A stretch of DNA of 64,000 nt from Octopus sinensis. Its lineage: Eukaryota. This document shows, piece after piece, positions 1 through 11,800 of this stretch. Both the position numbers and the translations under genes were made by a program. The stretch is from the NCBI RefSeq assembly GCF_006345805.1, contig NC_043000.1:64728001-64792000 (forward strand), written 5' to 3'. Numbering within the stretch: position 1 is the first letter of the stretch; every line of letters begins with the position of its first letter. Below the pieces are notes generated by a model. It was not told the DNA's origin, did no database searches, and was given only the letters and a program-made list of their open reading frames with translations.

Positions 1-913
1 TATCTCCCCTGTTTGAAAAGTTAAGGACACAGAATGCTTGTATCAAGCAGCTAACTAGAAACGTTGTTTCTTGGAGCTAAATAGCAGAAGCATTCTTCCT
101 TTTCCTGGGACTGCTGCATTAAGTTAGCAAAAAACCATCACTATATATATATATGTGATGGGCTTCTTTCAGTTTCCGCCTAAAAAAATCCACTCTCAAG
201 AGTGGTTGGGAAGCAAACTTCTTACCACAGCCATGCCTTTCTGTAGAATAGGATATATCCTTCAAAACTGAAAAGAATTTGGTAGACAGATCACTGGGGT
301 GCATTGTTAGAGGTTAATGGGAAGCACAATGTTAGTAGGTTGAAATGATCAAATGAAAATTCACACTGATGATTATGTACATGTGGTGTTGAAGGAAGTG
401 GTCTAAAAGATAAGAATTAGGAAAGGGATTTTATTGAATATAGAGTTGGAAGTAAGTTAGGCAGCAAATGCAGTGGCTTTATCAGCTGAAGAATTACTTT
501 ATAGAACCTCTTTTGGTGAGAGTTGCAAGTAGTAGGATTCTACAAAATCAATAACAATCCTCTTGGCAAGAGACCTGGCTGCAATTTCAGAGGTAAGAAA
601 TGTATGCCAGGTAATGTACAAAGAGATATTTCATTTTCATGATGGGCATCTTGTTCTGTCAGAAATTCATGATGCAATGATATCCTTGTTAAAAAAAAAC
701 ATACAGTGAAGCCAAATTTCTATCATTCCATAGGAAAGATGCAAATACCATGTCAAAACCATATGTACATTCCTCTTGAACAGTTATAGATCTGACTTTA
801 TCAGGGCCCACAGAACTATACAAGAATTATAATAAGCATTTCAAGAATTATTTTATTACATATTTACAATCTAAAGAGGATAAACTGTTGTAATGTTTAT
901 ACCTTTTCCAAAA

Positions 914-2230
914 CATCATCATCATTTAATGTCTGTTGTCTATGCTGGCATGGGTTGGATGGTTTGACCAGGTTTGGAAAGCTGGAAGGTTGCACCAGAC
1001 CCCATTCTTATTTGGCATGGTTTCTATGGCTGGATGCTCTTCCTAATGCCAACCACTCTGAAAGTGTAATGGGTGCTTTTACATGCCATCTGTGTGACAC
1101 TGGTATCTGCCATGACTGCAGTTTTGCTCGGTTCGATGGGTCTTCTTCTCAAGCATGACGTAATGCCAAAGGTCTCAGTCATTGCCTGCATGAAGCCCAA
1201 CACTGAAAAGCAGTTCAACCACATTGCCTCTGTGAAGCCCATTGCTTGAAAAGTGCTTTTTATATGCCAGTTACATTACACCAGCATCAGCCACGACTAC
1301 AATTTCACTTGGCTTGATGAGTCTTCTCAAGCACAGCATATCACCAAAGGTCTCAGTCACTAGTCATCGCCTCTGTGAGGCCCAAAGTTCAACAAATCTG
1401 CTTCACCACCTCATTGCAGGTCTTCTTGGGTCTACCTCTAACACAGGTTCCCTCCAATTAGAAATCGGCATTTCTTTACACAACTGTTGTCATCCATACA
1501 CATCACGTGACCATACCAGCACAGTTGTCTCTCTTGCACACCACAGCTGATGCCCCTTATGCCTAACTTTTCTCTCAAGATGCTTATACTCTGTTGAACA
1601 TGTATACTGACACTGCACATCTAGCAAAGTATACTGGCTTCATTTCTTTCAAGCCTGTGCATGTCCTTGGCTGTCACAGCCCATGTTTCACTGCCATGTA
1701 GTATAGCTGTTCGCACACAGGCATGCACCATACAATTTGCCTTTCAGTCAGAGAGAGGCTTTTTGTTGCCAGCAGAGGTAGGAGCTCTCTGGACTTCACC
1801 CAGCTTAATCTTATTCTCACAGCTACACTCTTGGAGCATCCACCTCCGCTACTAACTTGGTCACATAGATAATTGAAGCTGTCTACTACCTCTAGGTTAC
1901 CACCTGGTAGTTGATGGAGTTTATTTTCTGTACAATTTTGGTGTTTATTGTACCTGCGTATCTTCCACATACGAAAGCTATTTTCTCTGTAAACCTTCCT
2001 CTGATATTGTTGCACCTTTTATGTGCCCAAACCTTACACCAGGTGCATCTTATGAAGTTTCTACTTGCACCTTTTCTACAGATCAAGAAAGGGTTTGTGA
2101 TTTGTCTGCCTTCCTACTTACTAAGACTTTGGTTTTTGCTTGGTTAACTCTAAGGCCCTTCGATTCTAGATCTTGCTTCTATGCCTGGAACTTCTCTAGT
2201 TCTGGTAGTGATTCAGCTATAAGAGCCTTT
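914..2230 (-). mobile_element. 5'-truncated RTE-clade LINE (RT C-terminus, 3' UTR, (ATG)n tail)
   Basis: Fragments CRKGASRNFIRCTWCKVWAHKRC, LEVVDSFNYL, LCWYGHVMCMDDNSCVKKC; frameshifted; catcatcatc tail at 914. Confidence 0.88.
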
Positions 2231-2315
2231 TCTAAAAGATATTAGCAATAAAAGTGAAGTGAAATACCTACAACTTGGAATGAAAGCTAAATAATAAACA
2301 CAGAAGACTAGTGTT

Positions 2316-2338
2316 TTACTTTTGTTTTATGTCACTTG
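2316..2338 (-). CDS. ASPSCR1: Tentative terminal TUG exon (A-SDIKQK-stop)
   Basis: gaacttttctgtag acceptor after a 104-nt intron gives A-S...K stop, resembling human ASKR*; other acceptors or an exon outside the window are possible. Confidence 0.4.
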
Positions 2339-5300
2339 CTACAGAAAAGTTCAGATATTATCTACTTAACACTGGACTTGTTGCTATATATGCACATTCT
2401 AGAAAATGACAAATGCTTGAAATTTCATACATGAAAACTTACCCAGTTTGAACCATTTGGGAACAAAATTCTCATAATTTTGAGATCCTGATGGCTTTGG
2501 TGTTGATCCTGATGGCTTTGGAGTAGATGTTGATCCTGATGGCTTTGGAGTGGACGTTGATGGATTTTCTTGAGAAGTAGAAGCTTGAGAGGACTTGTAT
2601 GAAGCAGTTTCTTTTTTATTATTTCTACAAAGAATAGATAATTTTCAGTGAATGATTAAATATTTATTGAAATGTATCTGAACAAGGAAATAAAATCAGC
2701 TGCAGATCAAGCACCTTGGCCTAAGAAGGTCATGATCAGTGCCCTTCTCTTCTGACTAACACACAAAAGTAAAAACAGTCAACAACCTCCATACTAGGGA
2801 AATTAAAATCTAAGACAATGCTTGTGAGTACAAATCTAATGAAGAATGAAAACCTAGAACAAGTTAGAAAATGGTAAAATATTTATTTTTGTGTATTTCC
2901 CTTTTAGAAGACCAATTTTCCATTTCATTTTCTGTACTAAAAAGTCCAATCTTTTTGTACACTAACTTTTACTCTAATGACGATCTCACATTCATCCTTC
3001 CATTACGTAGCAATTCAAAAGATATCTAATCTCTTTAAACCATAAATTTAACTAGTTTTCAGTTAAAACTTATACTGTGGCATATTTCATATTGCAACAT
3101 GAAATTCAGAACAAACATGTCCTTCATTATAATCTTTAGAATATTACAAATGATAACAATTGATGAAATCATCTCTAATCTACAACACACACACTTGTGT
3201 GCATGTGGCATGTGCATACACATACACACACTCTTTTGTGGTTGTTTGACCCACTAGAAATAGCAGTCAACTCTTGTTCAAATCACACTCCACCTTCTTC
3301 AGATAGGGAAAGACACATTAGATAAAATAATTTGAGATAACCTCAAAAAATGACAGTCAAGATTGGAGTGCCTTTAATCATAAATCTGTTCCATGATTTA
3401 GGTCTAAATAACAACCTTTAATCAATAATTAAGATCTTCTTTGAGGTATTCCAACTTCCACCATATTGAGACTTTTCGCAGTATCAGAATAACAACTGTA
3501 TGAGCCAATTACAGAGTTGCAATATCTGCATCATTACATCTTATTTCCAAAAAAGAAAGGCACATTGGATGGTCTTAGGCAGTGGTTCTTAACCATTTTT
3601 TTGCCTATGAACTCCTTTGATTCCTATTTCACTCATGTGGACCCTCATAGCTATTTGATGTTTAAGAGATCCCATTATATTTTTATAATTAAATATTAGA
3701 AATTGTATTAAAAAAAATTAAAATATTTTGTGTTGTATAAATATAACCAAGTTATTACACAAATTTTAACAACAAAATCTGATATGGACCTCAGTTAAGA
3801 AATTCTGGTCTAAGGTATGTTATCTGATGAGGAGAGATCCCTACCCAACAGGAAAAATGGGTAGTCATAATTGTAATGTCTTTGATCATAAGTCTGCTTA
3901 ATCAAGACTGATCGGGTGGTTAACCAACAAGAAACTGAAACTAAATTTTATCATCATCAACATTTAACATCTGTTTTTCATGCTTTACTCTATATATTTT
4001 TGCACTTTTCTTGTAGATCTACTTTGGAATGCTGGTATCCTTTAAAGGGTTGGTGCAGCTGTTTGGTGCCACCTGTCTGGTGTTGATTTGAAGCAGACTT
4101 ATTTTGACATCAGATGTTTTTATGTTTCTGTTGTTTATGTGAGTGAATATATTTCTCCTTATGTGTATGAGGAGAAGGGAAAGTGTTTTTGGTCAGTTGT
4201 GTTCAATTAATAAATTGTAATGTCTCACTGTATGTGTATATTTCTGCATGTGTGTGTGTGTTTCCAGTATCAAAAAAGCAGTCACCAAAACAAGTTCAAT
4301 GTACACTCAGCCATTACCAAATTACCAATGTTCAAACATGTGTGTCTAGTTGTCAAATTCTGACTTTTGAAAATGGTGTTTTCTTTTATGGCTGGATATT
4401 CATTCTGCCCCCATTTAACCCTTTAACATTTAAACTGGCCATATCTGGCCAAAACATTCTGCCTGTTTTATCTTCAAAATGGTCCTATCTGGCCTTTCAC
4501 ACCTACTGTACAGTGCCATTTTAAACATCAACAATCACATCACTGAAATCTCAAAGCTATGAAATTATGCATGATTAATTTTAAATGATGTGAATACATA
4601 AGCATTACATTTGACAGAGTAAAATGAATGCTTAAAGGGTTAATCTAACAAGTACTGTCTTATATTTGTTTAAGTTCATAAGCTACAGTCAGAGCTGGTT
4701 TCAGACATTCATTACTTTGTTAATTCATACTTTTGTAAATTTTTATTCAGATTTTAATGTAAATGATACTAAATGTACAAAATTGTGAAGAACTATGTAT
4801 CCCTTCCTTTTATTTTGCTAACAGAACTTCTGTTTTCATAATTATTTGAACCTGTTTTTCATTGGAATCTTAATTTTATCCTAGGCAAAAATAATTGCCA
4901 GTTTACATTATATAAATAAACCACATTCCAATTTTTTTTCAACAAATCCAAATTGGAATAGTGAAAACGTTTTGGTCTGTTTATTTCTTCTTTTTCAAAG
5001 AATACTTCTCACTGATTCTACAGGAATATCTGAGAGTTATACAGTTTTTCTATGTTGAAACAGTAGCCAAAGTTTAACAGAATTGATAAGCTTCAAAAAT
5101 AGTTTTCTGTTAGTTACTATTTAAACTAAGTTAGTTACTAAACAAATTAAATCTTAATATGAATAAATATTGTTTTTTCACAGTCACAAACATTTACCAA
5201 TAAAATATAATAATATTTAGAGTTATACAATAAAAATTACATTCCTAGTCTTAAAGAAAATTGTAACCTTTTTGGGGGGTGCATTTTTAATGTCAATATG

Positions 5301-5778
5301 GATTGTGGGTTTTTAAAATCACTTATCTCCAACATACTAGCAACTCATCATCAACATCAACATTTAATGTCTGCTTTCCATACTGGCATAGGTTGTAAGG
5401 TTTGGTAGGAGCTGGCTAGTCAAAAGACTGCACTATGGTTCACTGCCTGTTTTGGTATGGTTTTTAGGGTTGGATGCTCTTCCTGGCATCAACGATTCTG
5501 CAAAGTGGACTGAGTGGTTTTTATGTGGCACCAGCACAGGTGAGGTCAGTTTTGGCATGTTTTTTTTAAAAGTTGGATGCTTTTTCAAATGCCAACCACT
5601 TTACATTGTGCAGTGGATGCTTTTTGTGAGGTACCAACACTGGTAGGATCAACAAGACAAAGATCCTTTGAGAGGGGATGTAGTATTGGAGGTGAACTTG
5701 TATGTCAGATGATGAAAGGTTAGAGTGTGACAGAGAGACAGAAACAAGTGTTTTGTTGTAAAGGAGACAGGGTTACTC

Positions 5779-5820
<42 letters not shown>

Positions 5821-8800
5821 GGTGATCAAGACTAAGGTCAGTAATGGGTGTGTTGCTGTATCATTGACTGTTGTTTAACATTCCAGTCAGATTTGATTAA
5901 ACAGACCTATGATCAAAAGCATTCTAGTTGCAACCATCATATTTTTTTAATTATATTTGTCATCTTTATTTAACAGTCCATCCCCAAACAATTTCAGAGA
6001 CTCTGAAAAATGAGTGTTGTCAAAACAAAGATTCCTGTAGTTTAGATTTTAATTATTTTCTGTGAAACACACATGTTTATTAATAGAATAAATTTGTGAG
6101 GTATCTAGACTTATTCTATAAAGGACAAACCTTCATTGGTAATAAGGCCACAAATTAAAAGGGAAAAAGAATTGAATTAGCTGTTATTTCTTTTATCAAC
6201 TCTAGAGAAATACATCAAAATTAACCACGAACTCAGAACATGGAAGGATAAAGCTAAATATGGCAAAATAGTTAGCTTGACCCTGCCTTTTCTATCACTC
6301 CATAGATCACTGATTTCTTATATAATGATTTTTTAAACAATGATGCATGACCATAAATTTGGGATTAGAGTGAAGTTAATTAAACTGACCTAAGAATCTA
6401 ACAATTCTGCCAATCTGCTATTTTTGTTGTTTAACATTGAGAAAAAATTGTACTAAACCCAACAAAGACAATCAGAAATATCAAGGAACAAATTTCACAC
6501 AAGACATTAAGAGTAACTGCATAACATTTTTTTTAGAAGTTAAAAAACCCCCCCAAAAATAAACAAAAAGATTCTGAATTTTACTTGAGAAGGCAATGGA
6601 AATCTATCAAAAACATTGATTGGTAGTCAATGACAAAATTTGTGCCACAGAAAATCTAATGATAATGGTACACCAGTTCCAGTAATTAGTCCAGGAAATT
6701 TTTGTCAGCAATTTTTGTGGGGTTGTTAGTTTAAATATTAGAGCATGTGTGAATATTAGAATTATACTCAACCACAGTACTGCTACAGGTTTTTATAAAT
6801 TTATGATGGGATGTATGTGCTTGAAAGACAAAACTAGAGGCTGTGAACATACTGACTTAATCTAACATTTTGAGATTATATATTATATGTCCACTGAACA
6901 GGTCTTTTTCTTATGTAGGTAAGAGAGATGGTGATTTGGCTAAATAAAGCTGGCCAGCACCCCTTGCCATTATAATCCTGCTGAGATCTTTGGTTCAGCA
7001 AAGAATTATGTATTAAAGATTCTATGGTGACAAAGACAATAATAGTCGGTTACTAAAAGGAGAGCTATAAATTCTGTCACTGAAGCTGTAGTGAAGGCCA
7101 TGAAATGGCTTGGATAAAGATCAGCAGTTTGCTGTTATAGGGATGCAAGCTGGGACTTGATCAACTCTGGTTGAATCAACTAGGTGAGGGGTCTGATGTT
7201 GGAAGACCTGAAACTCCTTGAGACTCCGAAAACATCACTGACAATGCATCCCAGAGCATCCAAAAGATGTATCTTAAAACTACAACTGCATGCTCAGCTG
7301 TTTGAGGTTAATTTTAATACAGTCCCCATCTCAGAAGCCCTCACAATAGTGTGGCTGTAAGCCATATGATTGAAGAAGATGTGCTTATCCAGACATTATA
7401 AAATCTACATACTAAAACTCTTCTGCTGCCTATGAGGATTAAAATTATGATGATATTGGTTGGAAAATGAAAAAACAAAATATGATTTGAAAATAAAATA
7501 TAACAAGATAAATTTCTCATTTCACTGAACATGGCACCATATTTAGAAATATGCTCTATGTCAATTGGAAGGTTATACTGTACCATTTGAGCAGGCTGGA
7601 GCATACACACTGCACCAATTATAGTGATAGGCCTTCTTTGTTGACACAGTTTGATTAATATAAATGCCGTAGTGACCAAGCAATAAACTGATAACAGTAT
7701 AAAAATATTGACAGCCTGGCACAGTTTTGTTAGCATTTGCTCACCTCTTCCAGCTAGCAACTCTAAAAACCAGTTATCAAGGCTGACAAGCATTCTTCAA
7801 TATAGCAGTCTCATTCAACTTCTTTCCTTCGGCTGAAAGCCATTCCTCCCTTTTATTCATCCCTTTTCCTTGACTCACCAACTGGACAATATCGAGTTGA
7901 ACTACCATACCATACTTATAGTCAAACCTGTTATCTGAACAATATTTTGAGTTTCCATGAACATTTAGTTAGCTACACCATGTAACCCAATCTTGACAGT
8001 AATAATGGCACCACCATTCTGTATTTTACTGCTTACAATAATTAATGGCAAATTCAAATTACTGAAATTATCCTTGAGTTTGGGATTACACACAGTAACC
8101 TAAACTCAACTAAATGTTCACAGTAGCTTGAGAAATTAATCCTTTAGCATTTAAACTGGCTATATCTGGCCAAAATATTCTACCAGTTTTATGCTCAAAC
8201 TGGCCATATCTGGCCTCTCACACTTACCTTACATTTGTCAGAGAAATCTGAATGCTAAAAGGTCAATTATTTTAATTTCAGATTATCCAATATTGAAGTA
8301 ACAAAGGTTTGACTATAAGTATGGTATGGTAGTTCAACTTGATATTGTCCAGTTGGTGTGTCAAGGAAAAGAGATGAGTGAAAAGGAGGAATGACTATGA
8401 GCAAATGGAGAAAAGTTGAATAAGACAGCTATGCTATATTGAAGTAATGTTTACAATCCCTAATGAATGTGGTCATTACTATTGCTATATAGAAGGGGAT
8501 GGGTTGCTGACAAGACTGTGACTGACTGTCAATATTTTTATAATCTGAAGGCAGCAAGGTGGCAGAATTGTTAGCACACTGGGGAAAAAGGCTCAGCAGC
8601 ATTTTGTCTGTCTTTATGTTCTGAGTTCAAATGCTGCCAAGGCCAGCTTTGCCTTTCATTCTTTTGGGATCACTAAAATAAGTACCAGTTGAGTACTGGA
8701 GTCAATGTAATCGACTTAGCCCCTCACCTGAAATTGCTGACCTTGTACTAAAATTTGAAACAGTAACACAGTGAGCTGGAGCTGGAAGAATTGTTAGCAT

Positions 8801-11800
8801 CCCAGGCAAAATGCTTAACAGCATTTTGTCTGTCTCTACGTTATGAGTTCAAATTCCACCTAAGTCAACTTTACCTTTCATCCTCTCAGGGTCAATAAAA
8901 TAAGCACCAGTTGAGCACTGGGGTTGATGTAACTGACTCAGCCCCTCCCCTGAAATTGCCTGCCTTGTGCCAAAATTTGAAACCAATATTTTCATACTCT
9001 GTTATAAGCTAATTGTTATATTAAAGAGGTTTTACAGTTGTGTGATGATCCCATCTTTAGTTTATAATCATTATAAAAGTCCTACATATTGATCATTCTA
9101 TTACTTTGATCTCAGTTGGATATTTTAAGGGTTTAAAATAATTTTAACACATAAAAATGCCTGACATGCTGAAGGGATTTAAAAGCATTGCAAAATCAGT
9201 GATGGTATCATTCATTGTAAGACTTTGTTTCAAGTACACATATGTTAGAAGTCACTGAGCTTGTTGTTACCAGGTTTGTGAGGAGAAAGCAAATAGGGTT
9301 GACATTTGAATAGAAAAGTGAGATTTTACAGCATTCGGATTGTGATCAGAAGATATCAAAGACTGAAAAAGTAACAGTGTCTAACATCAATAAAAGAAGA
9401 CCAGGGATTAAGAAAGTTATCAACCAAGTCTCATTTCATGCATTAAAAAGTTTACCAAAGTCAGGGAAGTATGGATGCTATGAGTGGTAAGGAAAATCCT
9501 ATACCAACATTTCCTCCAGTTTCATCAACAAAATTGTTTATGGGTTGTGACTTTTCATAGAGTAGTATAAAACACAATATGAAGTCAATAATTTGATGAA
9601 TCTTCATCAAATGTTATGGTTGGCAAAAATACCTCAAGCAACAAAGCCAAATATTTTCTTAGCAAAATAATAATAATAATAATGAAATTATTGTATAGTG
9701 CTCAGGTGCACCACAACTTGTCAGAAAGTGCATATAAAGTACATGCAGTAATGTAGACCAACTTCTACCCCAAAGAATCATTTACATAAAACCAATAAGT
9801 GCCAAAATCTATGAACTTATGCAGATACAAATGCATTCTTTGTAATTACACCATGCTTCTTTGGATCTCCAATTCCATATTTTTTTTTATTTAAACAGAG
9901 AATGGTAATTTATTTGTAACATGAATTTTTAAGTAATATCTAATGTAAGTATACATTTTATCAATTCAATGATAGGAACTTTGTAAAGAGACACTTTATG
10001 TAATTATGTTGAATGTCTTCCTTTTGTATATGATCAGGCCAGTTATCCAAAATGAATACTCCCTTCCTGTCTCCTTCAGATAATTGAGCTCTAACCATTT
10101 AGAGTTCATAATTGGTGAGGACCTAATGACTAAGGATGTAAATCTTAACAACAAATCATAAATTTATATTTTCAAAAACATCACTTACTTTTCTGAATAT
10201 GGAAAGCTAATATCTATATTCTTTTTGCATGTAATATGAGCTGACAAATCAGCTTTTAAAAATGGAGCTGCAAATAAAAAAAGAAAGAAAAGAAATTATA
10301 AAAATACAGAAAATTACTTTTTTAAAAATAATTGTGAAACTGAAGTAAAAAAGCTTTTAATAGACACATAAAAAAAAGTTGAACTACTAATCTATCAACT
10401 CTCTATATATAACACAGTATTTCTGTAAATGGAGAGCTACTTATCTGGAGGATGGCAACAAGTTATGACACATTAGACAGCCTGTTGATAAGTAGTAAAT
10501 CATGACAATACACAGATATTGTTTTGAGCTGAGTGGGGGTGCTAGATTCCCTTGTTCAAAAATATAAGGACACAGATCATGTCATATAGCCAGCTGGAGA
10601 CGATGTCTCCTGGGGCTAAATTACAGCAACATTTGTCCTAAACTAGGACTGTCATGTTATGTTGGCAAATAATCTTTACTCCAAAGTACTGTTGCTGAAT
10701 ATCTCTTGTTGTGAGATTTACAAATAGTAATTTTCTAATATGACAGAAATAGTTTGTAAATTAGAGTTAAAAAACAAACTGAGAAATTAGCATTATGATT
10801 GTTCAAATTTCTCATATTTCTTGCTACAACAATAGCATCAACATTAATGTGAGTAATAGTGTAAAATAAAAGTTAGTTGAATCAAATCTAGTACTTAACA
10901 GGTAAGTTTAGCAGAGGACTGCATATTTTTTAATAGTAAATATAATCAGCTGAATGAACCCCAGTGCTTGATTAGTAAATTTAGCAGAGGGCCACATATT
11001 TTGTGAGCAATAATGTACATAGTCAATTGAATCAAAACCCAGAAGCTCACTGGTAAGTATTTTTTGTCAACTCCAGTGAAATTTGAACATAGAACATCAA
11101 GGTTCATAACTAAACACTGTTAAGGTACTCTGTTGTTTCTGCTATCTAAGTCTTTTCTAACAGATTAACATTGCATATCCACTAGATTATAATTATCTAA
11201 TTAGTGTATGTACACTCCAGAAGTATCCATACACATTATAATTCTTATACCTATGTAAAAACCCCTGCCCTTGGCTCAGTGAGAGAGGTCTGGTTTCTAG
11301 CAACAGTAACATTTCATAGCACAACTTTTATCCTTCCCCTAATTCCAGTCCTGCCACCTGCACCTTGCTCTTAGTGAAAATCATTGTCCAGTTTAATATC
11401 ATAATCTGAACTTTGGTAGAGTCCATTCTATTGCAAATATTTAGTGCAGATATTCAGTTTCTCACCAAGAATCATGAGCACTGTGCTTGCACTTTGGACT
11501 ACAAACATATTCCCTACAAAAAAGCAACAAAAAAAACAAAACAAAACAAAACATCACCCTTGATGCTATGATTAATGTAATTAACTATTTTCAGGATATA
11601 ACTCCTTAAGCATTTAAAACCAGCCATCTCTCTCTCTATCCGCTTAATCTAAGTCGACTCTCGGTCACTCGTTGGGTCAGTGTCCTCCAGTCAGTTCTAT
11701 CCTGAACTGACTGGGATAGAACCAGCCATAACCAGTTGAAATATTCTGTTTTCAAACTGGCTAAATGTGGCCTATCACACCAATCATACATTATTCTAAA

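Noticed and set aside
4017-4138. Plus-strand segment with good acceptor and GTGAGT donor
   Set aside because: Stops in all three frames; no partner exons found.
7341-7793. 150-aa minus-strand ORF
   Set aside because: No recognisable domain, not needed for the TUG frame; probably chance or a decayed retroelement (a faint SVYAP motif occurs in another frame).
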